Part shown: one piece after another, positions 39,728 through 50,068 of the stretch
How positions within the stretch are numbered: position 1 is the stretch's first letter
How the letters are laid out: every line of letters begins with the position of its first letter
NCBI GenBank assembly: GCA_965198235.1
Contig: OZ240248.1
Coordinates: forward strand, 576,001-640,000
Reading direction: 5' to 3'
Length of the DNA: 64,000 bases
Source: Candidatus Poribacteria bacterium
Lineage (GTDB): Bacteria; Poribacteria; WGA-4E; WGA-3G
Notes under the pieces: model-generated
Databases searched by the model: none
What the model was told of the DNA's origin: nothing
Seen by the model: the letters and a program-made list of their open reading frames with translations, nothing else
Translations under genes and position numbers: made by a program

Positions 39728-40323
39728 TCTAATTATACCACATTTTTAGGTAAAAGTCAAGTCTTTTTTCAACAGAGACCCACGGTCTAATTCACAACGG
39801 CGAGACTGTATCCCAAACCTAAAAGGATTGGGTTTTAGTCCTCGGAAGGTTAGATAAGCCTCGGCAAAGTTTGCTCGCTCCCAAGTTGAATGACCGCGTG
39901 AATATGATCTGGCATCACGACAACACAAAACCATTCGAGTCGCTCGTTGGCTTCTAGCCAATCAAAAGATTTAAAAATGATGTTTGCGGCTTCGGGATTT
40001 GCGAGAAGTGGTCTTTTGTCGAGGGTGCAAACTGTGAGGGAATAGTAGAAACCGGGTATTGAATGTCTGCCTTTCCGTAGTTGACGGTATCCTCGGGGTG
40101 GTGTTTGCGGCATGTTTTTTGTTTAATCGGTTATTAACGTGAAGGATCGCGAGCACAACTCGCTCCTACAGAAGAAATCGCAAGCGAGACACAGGGAATC
40201 GCGAGCACAACTCGCCCCTATAGCAGAAACGCAACACAGATTTGACATCTGTTTGGATATTATGCTATACTTCACTTATATATTAAGGTACAAAAGAAAT
40301 ACTCTCTGGAAATGTAAATAGAT

Positions 40324-41286
40324 ATGACACATTCGGAAAAAAAGAACACTGCTCTTGAATACTGGCTGGCACTTGCCTCTGTTGAGGGACTCGGTAGCGT
40401 GCGGATTAGACGGCTGATAGCACGTTTCGGTAGCGTACAGGCAATTTTTGAAGCGGAACTCCCCGAAATCGCGCGGTTACCCTCCTTCAACCCCGTTCTC
40501 GCATCTCGTATACTCACAGTATCCGGTAACTTTCCGACCTTTCGCGAGAGACTCAGCGCTCTCGAAGATCAGGATGTCCGAGTGATGTGCCTTGAAGATC
40601 CAGACTATCCGGCACAGCTTAAAAACTTGCCCGATGCCCCAGGAATACTCTGCAGCGTCGGTATGTTAACCGAAATCGGCGATCGGTGTGTCTCGATTGT
40701 GGGGAGTCAGAATCCGAGCATAGAGGGGATTGAACTGACGCTTTCGCTGGCGACGCAACTTGCGCTCGCCGGATTTACGGTTGTCAGTGGGTTAGCAACT
40801 GGTATTGATACGTATGCACACTCCGGTGCGCTCGCGGGTATGGGAAAGACGATTGGCGTTGTCGGAACGGATCTCTCTTCCATCTATCCGGGACGGAATA
40901 ATCCACTCGCCGTGAAGATTTATGAGCATGGATGTCTGTTTTCGGAACATCCATTCCCGACAGCCCCCTCACCGGGCAACCTCGTGCAGAGAAATCGTAT
41001 TATCAGTGGGCTTTCTGTAGCAACGATTGTGATTGAGGCGCGAAAGGCCGGGGGTGCGATGCATACAGCACGGTATGCGCAGCGTCAGGACAGATCGGTA
41101 CTCGCCTGCCGCTGGGATACAGAGCACGCGCAGCGCGAGGGCCCCCAAGAGTTGATAGGGACAGGAGCATTTCCTTTCGCACCGACCGAGGTTGACAAAG
41201 TGATTGATGTGCTAACGCATCCAGAACGTCTTGAAACGTATGCGAGTGGAGCAACGAGTGAGCAGATGGGATTGTTTGAAGATTAG
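40324..41286 (+). CDS. dprA: DNA-processing protein DprA
   Basis: YPAQLKNLPDAP, SIVGS, VVSGLATGIDTYAH, RNRIISGLS..IVIEA..GAMHTA. Confidence 0.93.
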   Translation: MTHSEKKNTALEYWLALASVEGLGSVRIRRLIARFGSVQAIFEAELPEIARLPSFNPVLASRILTVSGNFPTFRERLSALEDQDVRVMCLEDPDYPAQLKNLPDAPGILCSVGMLTEIGDRCVSIVGSQNPSIEGIELTLSLATQLALAGFTVVSGLATGIDTYAHSGALAGMGKTIGVVGTDLSSIYPGRNNPLAVKIYEHGCLFSEHPFPTAPSPGNLVQRNRIISGLSVATIVIEARKAGGAMHTARYAQRQDRSVLACRWDTEHAQREGPQELIGTGAFPFAPTEVDKVIDVLTHPERLETYASGATSEQMGLFED

Positions 41287-41306
41287 CCGTCAGCCTATAA
41301 AAAAAA

Positions 41307-41516
41307 TTGCTTTTTTTTTCAATTTGTGATATACTATATAATGTCCTCAAACTTGATTTTGCGAGCACATGTACCATTTTTTTCTTGACAACGTTAAAAT
41401 TTATGGTAAATTTACGTTAGAATGAAGTTTTCTCTTGACAAAAGAGATTAATTTTCATATAATTTTGAGAAAGTCCGTAATTTTACCTTTACAAAGTTTG
41501 CAATTTTTGCTAAACT
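41307..41516 (+). promoter_or_regulatory. Four tandem sigma70-like promoters
   Basis: TTGCTT-N17-TATACT 41307; TTGACA-N16-TAAATT 41385; TTGACA-N17-TATAAT 41435; TTTACA-N17-TAAACT 41488. Confidence 0.7.
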
Positions 41517-41538
41517 TTAAGGTACTCGTTTAGATATT

Positions 41539-41823
41539 GACTTTCGGGCGAGGGGTGCAACAATCCAATGGTGTTTTACTCTGTTAACTGCCCTCGCGGA
41601 ATTCTGTTCTCAACGTGTCGGTTTGTTCTTTACGCATTGCGGAAAGAGCAGCAAACGAAATAGCCTTACGTTATTTGACTTAACGAGAATATGATCATAG
41701 GTTTCAAGGGCGTTGTTGAATTGTACAATCAGCGACGTAACCGAAACCGACTTTCCCGAGTGCTTTTGCGAGTGTCTATGGGAAAGGACCGAAAGTTGTT
41801 AGGACACCCTATCCGAAGGGTGT
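41539..41823 (+). ncRNA. Candidate multibranched structured 5' leader RNA
   Basis: Closing helix GACTTTCGG/CCGAAAGTT plus six or more nested helices. Confidence 0.55.
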
Positions 41824-41860
41824 ATTTTGATAAACTTTACAATTTAAGGAGTTAACTCTA

Positions 41861-42514
41861 ATGGCAAAATTGTTTAGAACCTTCGCTTTATTATTGGTGG
41901 CCTTGTTCACCCTTTCGCTGATGGTCGGCTGTGGTGGCGGCAATGGAGACGACAATGGCGACGTCCTACCAGCGAACTTCGTAAGCGCAGCTCCGCCGGG
42001 CGGCGAGATTGCTGCGAATGGGAGTATCACGGTTACCTTTGACAACGCACCAGCTGATGTCACGGTGAGTGCTGGTACTGTCACGGTTGCAGGCAAATCA
42101 GCGACTATCACAGGTCCTTTCACCCCTGGTCCGCTCTCATTGACGATCACTTGGGCTGATGGAACCCAGGCACTGAACTATACTGTCACCGCACCGGATA
42201 CCGATCCGCCCGCAGTCACTGGCGGCACCGTCAAAGATGGCGACAAAGATGTTGATCCCGAAGCTATCAACACCGACGGAAAGATCGAGATTGAGTTCAG
42301 TGAAGATGTCTCTGGTAACGTCGCCCTACAGACCGAAGGCGGCGACGATGTCGGTTGGCTTGGCAAAGTCGAAGGCAACAAAGGGATACTCGAAATCGTC
42401 AAAGGCAAAGAGATTGGCAACGAGACGACCTATGTTATTAAAGGCAAAGTCTCAGACGCTGCTGGTAACTCTGCTGATATCAGTGTAACCTTTGTAACCA
42501 AGGGTAAAGAGTAA
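41861..42514 (+). CDS. Lipoprotein with Ig-like (Big_5-type) domains
   Basis: AAGGAG RBS; lipobox MVGC; ITVTFD, IEIEFSEDV, VSDAAGN. Confidence 0.8.
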   Translation: MAKLFRTFALLLVALFTLSLMVGCGGGNGDDNGDVLPANFVSAAPPGGEIAANGSITVTFDNAPADVTVSAGTVTVAGKSATITGPFTPGPLSLTITWADGTQALNYTVTAPDTDPPAVTGGTVKDGDKDVDPEAINTDGKIEIEFSEDVSGNVALQTEGGDDVGWLGKVEGNKGILEIVKGKEIGNETTYVIKGKVSDAAGNSADISVTFVTKGKE

Positions 42515-42532
42515 ATTTGAGGCTATTTCGAC

Positions 42533-42570
42533 AAAGAGGGCGGCGTATTTTCAATACGTTGCCCTTTTTT
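42533..42570 (+). terminator. Rho-independent terminator
   Basis: AGGGCGGCGTATT-TTC-AATACGTTGCCCT followed by T tract. Confidence 0.85.
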
Positions 42571-42863
42571 CTGTTTCAGATATGTCTTTTGACAAAAACT
42601 TTACACACCCTGTTTTATTTTTCTTTACACAATTTTGGGATTAATGCTATAATAAAACCCGCGACTGGATAGACACTGTAGGAGCGATTTTCAAATCGCG
42701 ACTTTTTTATAGGATTCACAAAAAACCGCAAACTGGATGCCTCCAGTTTCACAAAAGATTCTACTGAGCTGAAACTAAAATAAATATCATTTTTTTTGAA
42801 CGGTTTTCAAAAAGGCGTTGTCTAACCCATTAATCAGTTAGAAACCTGTAAGGAGAAAGTTCG

Positions 42864-43448
42864 GTGGAAAGAACTGAAGCCTTGCTCATTGCCGATCTTT
42901 GCGAAGGCGACGAGACAGCATTGGTGCCGTTGGTGGAAAAATATAAGCGGATGGTATACCGTCTCGCGATGCAGATTACCAAGAACCACGCCGATGCCGA
43001 CGATGTCATGCAAGAGACCTTTATCAAGGTGTACCGCTCGATTCGGACGTTCCGGAGGGATGCGGCTTTTGAGACGTGGCTCTACCGAATAGCCGTCAAT
43101 GAAGCACTGAACTTTGTCAAACGTAGAGAGCGTCAGCGAGAGTCTACACTTGAGACAGCATCGGAAGCGGAGTATGAGGCGACCACGCGATACCGCGCCC
43201 AGATCGCCAACGACCCGCATGCGCATGCTGAAAAAGCTGAACTGCGACACCATGTCACAGAGGCAGTCAATAGTCTCTCACTGAAACATCGGACAGTTGT
43301 TATCCTTCATGAATTTGAAGGCTTAACGCACGCGGAGATCGCTTCAATCCTAAATTGCTCCGAAGGCACAGTCCGCTCCCGCTTGCACTATGCGCGCAAA
43401 AAGCTCCGAACTTTGCTCAAACCGTACGTAGATGCGAGTAACGTTTAG
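42864..43448 (+). CDS. ECF RNA polymerase sigma factor
   Basis: DADDVMQETFIKVY, FETWLYRIAVN, EIASILNCSEGTVRSRLHYARKKL. Confidence 0.95.
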   Translation: MERTEALLIADLCEGDETALVPLVEKYKRMVYRLAMQITKNHADADDVMQETFIKVYRSIRTFRRDAAFETWLYRIAVNEALNFVKRRERQRESTLETASEAEYEATTRYRAQIANDPHAHAEKAELRHHVTEAVNSLSLKHRTVVILHEFEGLTHAEIASILNCSEGTVRSRLHYARKKLRTLLKPYVDASNV

Positions 43449-43541
43449 GTTTCGATTGAAAGGAAAATTTCGGTTCCCGAAATTAGTTGAGTTTCGTGGG
43501 TTTATAGACGTGTAGAACACACAATCTCGAGGAGAATATCA

Positions 43542-44537
43542 ATGAGATCGAAGTGTGACAAAATAGAACGCCTTTTATCTGACTATATAGATGGGACGCT
43601 TTCCAAACGGCAGAACAGCGTAGTCGCCTTGCATCTTCGCTCCTGTGGATCGTGCAAACGAGAAGTAGTAGACCTGAAGAAAACGAACCACCTCCTCGAA
43701 AACTTTTATGTTGAACCGGAGGCATCCGATGCCTATTACGCCCGGTTTACAACGCGATTTCAACAACGTATTGAACAGAGTGCACCAACTGCACTTCATC
43801 AACGGCTCTTTGCGGTCACTATGCGTCTTGGGTGGTATCTACTAACCCAACTCCATCGACGTATTGATCATTCCCGTTTGGGCGGGTTCCTCTCGATAAA
43901 ACAACACGCTTTCCCGTATTATATTCTCGGACTAACGCTGACGATGTTAGTTGTCGCGCCGCTTCTGCTAAACCAGGTTTCGCCACACGATGACGGTAAC
44001 CATGTGCTTGGACGCCTGTATGCAGCGGCGAAAATTCGGTTTTTCTCTGCCGATCTATCTGCCTCGGTCCAACCCACCGCAGCACTTGCTATCAAACAGG
44101 ATACGACTGGTACTCAACCTACGGGTATCCGTCGAAATGTCAGTAGTGGGCGCACGACAGAGACCCCCGCTATTAATTCAGGTTCCGATGTCTGGCTATT
44201 CACCGATGAACCGATGACGGAGGGATATATCTTCACCGCACTCCAAGAGAATGATTCTGATACAGTACCGAGTGTCGCGTTAGACATTGACTCGGAATTG
44301 CTCGCTTATGCCGAACTTCCGGTACAGGGAACATTCTGGGCACGTCTCACGGGTCGTGATGTATTAACCGAAAGTAGGTACGCACTCCTCTTGTTGCAGG
44401 GTATGGATGCAGGACAGCACGCACTCCAACAGTATGAGCGGAAGTGGAGCGGATTTAAAGGCTTTTCACAAAAATTGTTAGATGTACCGTTGGAAATATT
44501 GTCTATTCCAGAAGTCTACGATTCCAGAGAGTTGTAG
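43542..44537 (+). CDS. Zinc-finger (zf-HC2) anti-sigma factor with TM helix
   Basis: LLSDYIDGTLS..HLRSCGSC; central hydrophobic segment; follows ECF sigma. Confidence 0.85.
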   Translation: MRSKCDKIERLLSDYIDGTLSKRQNSVVALHLRSCGSCKREVVDLKKTNHLLENFYVEPEASDAYYARFTTRFQQRIEQSAPTALHQRLFAVTMRLGWYLLTQLHRRIDHSRLGGFLSIKQHAFPYYILGLTLTMLVVAPLLLNQVSPHDDGNHVLGRLYAAAKIRFFSADLSASVQPTAALAIKQDTTGTQPTGIRRNVSSGRTTETPAINSGSDVWLFTDEPMTEGYIFTALQENDSDTVPSVALDIDSELLAYAELPVQGTFWARLTGRDVLTESRYALLLLQGMDAGQHALQQYERKWSGFKGFSQKLLDVPLEILSIPEVYDSREL

Positions 44538-44665
44538 ACGGGCGTTATTATTCTATAGTAAAGTCGATAATTAAAGATCTTATCGAAAAGTGTTTGAAGT
44601 TAACTTAAGTATTTAATCTCGTGGGCGCGTTTTCAGCGTGCACGACGTAAACAAGGAGAATACGA

Positions 44666-47600
44666 ATGAACCCAAGGATTTTGGGCATTATTGGTGGTAT
44701 CGCCTTATTAGTTGCGCTCCTTTCACCTTTTATGATGGGTAGCTCCAAAAAGGTGGAGCAACTCTTCCAATCCGCTGAAGATTTGTATGGACAGGCGGAT
44801 TATGAGGGTGCAATTGGAAAGTATACTGAGGCGCTCGAAGAATCAACAAAACGTGGTGTGAAAACCGAAGTTATTGACAAGGATTTCGCGACCCTCGCGA
44901 ACTATAAGATCGCAGTGAGCTATTCCCGTCTTGCCGAACAATCAGGCGATGTGAATTATTACGATACCGCGATCGAGTACATTGAAAAGGTTGCCCCGAT
45001 AGCAACGATACCGAAACACCAAGAGGGGTTAACCTACCTCTGGGGACACATCCTCTATCGGACGGAGCAGTTTGAGTTGGCGGAGCCGAAGTTCACGCAG
45101 CTCATTGAGAACTTCCCGAACAGCCTTTTTGTCGAAAACGCTTGGTATGCTATCGGGCAGCTCAACTATAAACTGCAGAACTACGAGGACTCCCGACAGG
45201 CATTTAAAGCTGTTCTTGATGGTTTCCCAAATTCCGATTTTAAAGATGACGCACAACACCTGATCGCGCAGTCGTTCCTCAATGAATCCAACTACGAGCA
45301 GGCGTATCAGGAATTCGATAAGATCGCTACAGAGGCGTTCAAGAACTACCCGGATCTACAAGCCGAAGCGATGTATAAAGCCGCTTATAGCTTGAACCAA
45401 CTCGGTAGGGACGATGAGGCGATCGGTCGGTATACCAACTTCATCACGCAGTTCCCGGAAAGCCAATACGTCACGGCGGCATACTTCGACCAGGGCGCGA
45501 TTTACGCTCGTCAGAAGGACTATGACAACGCGCGCGTCAACTACGAATTGGCACTCCAAAACACTGCAGACCGCACACTCCAATCAGAAATTCAGTCTGC
45601 CATCGGACGTACCTACTTCGATCAAGGGGACTATGAAAACGCCATTGTTGCCTATAACACGCTCCTTGAAGAATACTCGGATAGCGACTTTATCGCCGAA
45701 GCGAAACTCGGTATTGCCGATAGCCATTTCCGCTTAGAGAATTGGAGTGAGGCGACTTCAGCGTATGAACGTGTTATCAACGAACACGAAGAAGCCACCG
45801 ATTTTGTTCCGTACTGCTCTTATCAGATTGGTGAAGCCTACTACAAACTCGGCAGCAATCAGGTAAAGGCTGGGGACGCTGAAACCGGAATGGCAACCCT
45901 TGAACTCGCACTGCAATGGTATCAAGAAACGGTTGACAACTATCCGCAGGATCCCGTCGCTCCACACGCGCTCTACGGCGCAATTTGGGCACTCAACGAT
46001 CTCGGACGCAAAGGCGAGTTGGAAACAATCGCACGCGAGTTTATTGAGAAAAACAAAAACGATAACGAGTTTGACATCCTCGCCGCTGAGGTACAGCTCC
46101 GGTTCGCCGACATCAAGCGGACAGAATTCAAACAGTACGTTGAAGCCGCTGAAGAATATGCGAAATTGTGGGATTACCGTCCACTACCGAAGTTCCATCT
46201 CGTCAAGTTGATGGGTAAATTCTTTGAGGGGCGTTCCTACTACGAAGCTGCCAAACCTGAAGGCTATCAGGAAGGCGAGGCAGACGTGAACTTCAATCAG
46301 GGCTACCTGCAGCAGTCTGTTTCGGCGTATCAGGAAGCAGTCGCTATGTTCACTGACGATGCCTTCCTCCCAGGTGTCGCCCAAGAACGTTACGATGACT
46401 TCAGTGAGCGTGTCGCTCAGGTGGAAGCGTGTATCATGAACGAAGCACTCTCCCACGAAATGCTCGGTGACTGGACGCAAGCACGCGACCGCTACGCATC
46501 TATTCCTGACACAAGTGAATACTACGAACGCGCACTCCTTCTCGTCGCCAACAGTCATGTCAAGGAAGGCGATAAAGAGGGTGCGATTAACTACTACAAT
46601 AGCATTTTAGACAAACTTGCCGATGCCGACAACCGTTCGTTGGCAGAGATTAAACTCGCTGACCTGCTCCGCGCGGAGGAGCGGTTTGAAGAAGCTGCCG
46701 CCCAGTATCAAGCTGTGGTTGAGGGGAATCCGACTGGTGAATACGCAGACGATGCACTTTATCTCGTCGGGCTTTGCTATTACCAAGCCGCTTCTGAGAA
46801 TCCAGCACTCTTGGAATCCTCCGAGACGGCGTTCAAACGCGTAATTTCCGAGTATGCCGATAGCCCCAACGCTGTTGAAGCGTATTACGGTTTGGCACTC
46901 GCCTATCGCGATACGGCACAAAAGCAGAGTGATGTCGAAAAATGGCCCCTCATCCTGCAACTCGCCGACGAAGCAAGCGATAAGTATGCATCCAGTGACA
47001 ATGAGCTCGTTCTCAAGACACTCGGACATATCGACTTGATTAAAGCCACCGCCATTGAAAACAGTGGTGAAGAAGTTGATATTGATGCGCTCGTGGCTTC
47101 GCTCAAGCGAATTGTCGATAACACAGGTGCTCCGGAAGAGGCACGCAGCCGTTCGCAACTGAAGATCGGGCACACTTACTATAGTGCGAAACGCTATGAT
47201 GAAGCACTTGCGGAGTATCTCCTCTTTGTGCAAACTTTCCCGAATAGCGAACTCGCACCGAATGCGCAGTACCAAGCAGCAGTCTGCCATTATCAGATCG
47301 CGCAAGCCGCGACGGATGCAGGCAGCAAGCAGTTGAGCCTGCAGAACGCTGTAAGTGCTGCGGAAAAAGTGACGACGCTGACGGATGATGCGGACAACCT
47401 CATCAGTGCTAACTACACTGCAGGTTTGGCGTTGCTCGGACTGGAGGACAATAGAGGTGCTGCAGACGCATTCAAAGCGGTTACAGCATTAGAGGGACAG
47501 ACCGAAAACGAGGCGCGCAAGTCGCTTATTTTCCAAGCACACTCCCGTCTTGCTGAACTCAACGGAACCCTCGGCGACCACGCCGCAGCGGTGCAAGAGT

Positions 47601-49369
47601 ATCAATACATTATTGAGAACACCGATGAGGCAGACATGAAGGGACGTTCCTACTTCGCAATGGCATTTGCCCAAGAGGAGCAATTGAAAACTTATCAGGA
47701 CGCATTGATGAGTTACCAAAACGCCATTGAGTTAATAGAAGACGAACTCGTCAAAGCGCAATCCTACTATCGGATGGGTTTGATTTATCAAGACCAGCTG
47801 AAACAGCCGTCTAAGGCGTTGGGAACCTTCCAAACCCTCATCGGAGAATATAGCGGTTCGGACAACGCGAATGTCGCCTCAATGGTGGCAGATGCTGGCA
47901 TCCGTCGCTCGACCCTCTACGTTGAATTGGGACGTTTGGATGAAGCAATCGTTGAAGCGATTGAAGCACTTGATCGGACGAAAGGCAATCCGAATGCGAG
48001 TGTGGCAGAGAAAGCCGCTGCGCAATACAACCTCGGTTTCCTCTATTCCGACAAAGCGCGTTCCCTCTTCTCCACAGAGGCAGGCACAGACCTGAAACCC
48101 TATATTGATGCGAGTCGGGATGCCGCAGGTACATTCTTTGAAGTCGCTTCGATCGCAGCACCGGTTGAAAAGGCGAATAAACAGAGGGTCATCCCGTATG
48201 TGCAGAATTCGCTGTTCCAAGCCGGTCAGATTTACTATTCTGTCGGGATTGGCATCAAACTTCAGGAAGACCTACTAAGTGCGTTGACACCGCTCACGAC
48301 GTTCGTGAGTTATATTGATAAGGGACTCTTCCCGAAATCGGATGCACTCCGTAAAAACACGGAAACCGCACTGAATTACACGGCCGCTGCGAACTTTGAG
48401 CTCGGGCGGATGCAAATAGGCCTTGACGGCGAGATGTCTGAAAAAGCGGTAAGTTATTTCATTGCCGCTGGCGATGTCTTCCGTGATATGGTGCGTCGTT
48501 ATCCGAGTGCTAACGATGCCGCTTTCTGGCAGTATCATGTCGGTGAATCCTACTACGCCGCGCAACAGTTTGAGAAAGCGATTGAAGAATACGAGAAGGT
48601 TCTCACTGTCAACAAGACCCACAAGAGTGCTGCTGAATCGTTGTATGCTATCTCGACATGTGCGCAGCTCCTCAGTGAAGCCGCCGAAAAGTCTGGCGAT
48701 GAGGACGCGAGACAGCGCTGGTATGACCAGCTCTTTGAGGTGAACAAAGTCCTCGCCGCTGAGTATCCGAACAGTCAGTACACTGCTGATGCGCTTATTA
48801 ATATCGGCAACAAGTACTACAACGCAGGCTCCGATGAAACTCTGGAGCAAGCGGAACGGATCCGTCTCTATCAGATGGCGATAGAGAACTACCAGAAAGC
48901 GATCAGTACGCCCGGTATCGGTGCGGAGTCGAAATTGACAGCACAAAGCTATCTCAACGACACTGCGAACGCTCTTGCTTTCTACGAGTATGAGCACGCA
49001 ACGGATCTGCTGAATGAATCGAAACTCGCGAGGGGTGACGAGCAGAAACCTGCTGTCGAAGCCGCTATCGCTGAGTACCAGAAGATCACTGAGGCGTATC
49101 CGGGGACCAAGTATGCAGACCTCGGTCTCGTGCAGATTGGTGAGGCATACATGGTGTTAGCTGATAGCGACGATGCGTATTTCAACGATGCGTTGGATTA
49201 CTTCAACCGTTTGTGGGCAAAATATGAGACAACGCCGCCTGTAGACATAAAGGTCAACCAGGCACTTACCTATGCAATCAGCCAGATCCAGACGATTCAA
49301 AGCTACATGCGGGCGAATAATCTGGAAATTCGTGGTACGACTGTTGGTGGTGGCGGCGGTGGCGAGTAA
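44666..49369 (+). CDS. Giant N-terminally anchored tetratricopeptide-repeat protein (1567 aa)
   Basis: N-terminal hydrophobic helix; many A.Y..G..Y....Y..A...Y..V...YP.S repeats (BamD/CpoB-like TPRs). Confidence 0.9.
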   Translation: MNPRILGIIGGIALLVALLSPFMMGSSKKVEQLFQSAEDLYGQADYEGAIGKYTEALEESTKRGVKTEVIDKDFATLANYKIAVSYSRLAEQSGDVNYYDTAIEYIEKVAPIATIPKHQEGLTYLWGHILYRTEQFELAEPKFTQLIENFPNSLFVENAWYAIGQLNYKLQNYEDSRQAFKAVLDGFPNSDFKDDAQHLIAQSFLNESNYEQAYQEFDKIATEAFKNYPDLQAEAMYKAAYSLNQLGRDDEAIGRYTNFITQFPESQYVTAAYFDQGAIYARQKDYDNARVNYELALQNTADRTLQSEIQSAIGRTYFDQGDYENAIVAYNTLLEEYSDSDFIAEAKLGIADSHFRLENWSEATSAYERVINEHEEATDFVPYCSYQIGEAYYKLGSNQVKAGDAETGMATLELALQWYQETVDNYPQDPVAPHALYGAIWALNDLGRKGELETIAREFIEKNKNDNEFDILAAEVQLRFADIKRTEFKQYVEAAEEYAKLWDYRPLPKFHLVKLMGKFFEGRSYYEAAKPEGYQEGEADVNFNQGYLQQSVSAYQEAVAMFTDDAFLPGVAQERYDDFSERVAQVEACIMNEALSHEMLGDWTQARDRYASIPDTSEYYERALLLVANSHVKEGDKEGAINYYNSILDKLADADNRSLAEIKLADLLRAEERFEEAAAQYQAVVEGNPTGEYADDALYLVGLCYYQAASENPALLESSETAFKRVISEYADSPNAVEAYYGLALAYRDTAQKQSDVEKWPLILQLADEASDKYASSDNELVLKTLGHIDLIKATAIENSGEEVDIDALVASLKRIVDNTGAPEEARSRSQLKIGHTYYSAKRYDEALAEYLLFVQTFPNSELAPNAQYQAAVCHYQIAQAATDAGSKQLSLQNAVSAAEKVTTLTDDADNLISANYTAGLALLGLEDNRGAADAFKAVTALEGQTENEARKSLIFQAHSRLAELNGTLGDHAAAVQEYQYIIENTDEADMKGRSYFAMAFAQEEQLKTYQDALMSYQNAIELIEDELVKAQSYYRMGLIYQDQLKQPSKALGTFQTLIGEYSGSDNANVASMVADAGIRRSTLYVELGRLDEAIVEAIEALDRTKGNPNASVAEKAAAQYNLGFLYSDKARSLFSTEAGTDLKPYIDASRDAAGTFFEVASIAAPVEKANKQRVIPYVQNSLFQAGQIYYSVGIGIKLQEDLLSALTPLTTFVSYIDKGLFPKSDALRKNTETALNYTAAANFELGRMQIGLDGEMSEKAVSYFIAAGDVFRDMVRRYPSANDAAFWQYHVGESYYAAQQFEKAIEEYEKVLTVNKTHKSAAESLYAISTCAQLLSEAAEKSGDEDARQRWYDQLFEVNKVLAAEYPNSQYTADALINIGNKYYNAGSDETLEQAERIRLYQMAIENYQKAISTPGIGAESKLTAQSYLNDTANALAFYEYEHATDLLNESKLARGDEQKPAVEAAIAEYQKITEAYPGTKYADLGLVQIGEAYMVLADSDDAYFNDALDYFNRLWAKYETTPPVDIKVNQALTYAISQIQTIQSYMRANNLEIRGTTVGGGGGGE

Positions 49370-49424
49370 TTGCCACATTCTGTTCCCATAGCCTCGCTCC
49401 CCTGAGCGGGGCTTCCCTTGAAAG

Positions 49425-49456
49425 GAGGGTGCTGTCCGGCACCCTCCCCTTTTTAT
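49425..49456 (+). terminator. Terminator after TPR gene
   Basis: GAGGGTGCTG-TC-CGGCACCCTC then T tract. Confidence 0.7.
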
Positions 49457-49529
49457 GCTAAGAAATTGCAAAATTATGTTCATAGTGCCCCCATTAAACC
49501 AAAACGGTAGCCTGCAACAACGGCGCAGG

Positions 49530-50009
49530 ACGCTCCTCGAAAACTATTGGCACGGTGAGAAGCGGAGTTATCATCACACTGTCTCAATGTCCCTTATCTA
49601 TGCATTGCGGGAAGCATTGCGCGTTGTTTTGGAAGAGGGGTTGGATGCCCGCTATAAACGGCATGTGCACAATGCCCGTGCCCTCCTCGCGGGGGCAAAA
49701 GCGATCAATCTGCAACCTGCAGCCGAAGAGGGCTACCGCGCACCGATGCTCACTACATTACGTATTCCTGACGGCATTGACGATGCGACGATTCGGAAAC
49801 GTCTAATTGCGGACTACGGCATAGAAATCGGTGCAGGTTTGGGTGTTTTTGCTGGAAAGGCGTGGCGAATTGGACTGATGGGTGAATCTTCAAACGAACG
49901 GAACGTTATGCTTGTCCTGAGTGCGTTAGAAAAGCTCCTCATTGAGTCAGGGCATAATGTGGAGCGTGGTGCAGCTGTTCACGCCGCATCGCAAGTCTAT
50001 TCAGCGTAA
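49530..50009 (+). pseudogene. C-terminal fragment of alanine-glyoxylate/serine-pyruvate aminotransferase (class V)
   Basis: LLENYW..RSYHHT..LIYALREAL..EEGL, GIEIGAGLG..GKAWRIGLMG; N-terminal domain with the PLP lysine is absent. Confidence 0.8.
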
Positions 50010-50068
50010 TGGCTATCAGCCGTCAGCGGTTAGAAACCGTCGCGAGTAAAACTCGCTCCTACAGTTAC

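Larger units (their letters stand above)
38384..39853 (-). mobile_element. IS200/IS605 family TnpB-only element, copy 2
   Basis: TTAT target 39854-39857; left-end hairpin CCCAATCCTTTTAGGTTTGGG; right end CCCAAGTCTTTAGACTTGGGTCTATCAC. Confidence 0.92.
38252..40113 (-). pseudogene. REP-associated tyrosine transposase (RAYT) split by TnpB element copy 2 and missing an internal segment
   Basis: N-part 40113-39854 LRKGRHS..YSLTVCT..VVMPDHIH; C-part 38383-38252 EHGIRQDESLKAIIRYCYENPVRRGL..DYPYW. Confidence 0.88.

Noticed and set aside
38640-39749. Long antisense ORFs over tnpB (also 20346..21107)
   Set aside because: Shadow frames of tnpB with no motifs; length not conserved between the two copies
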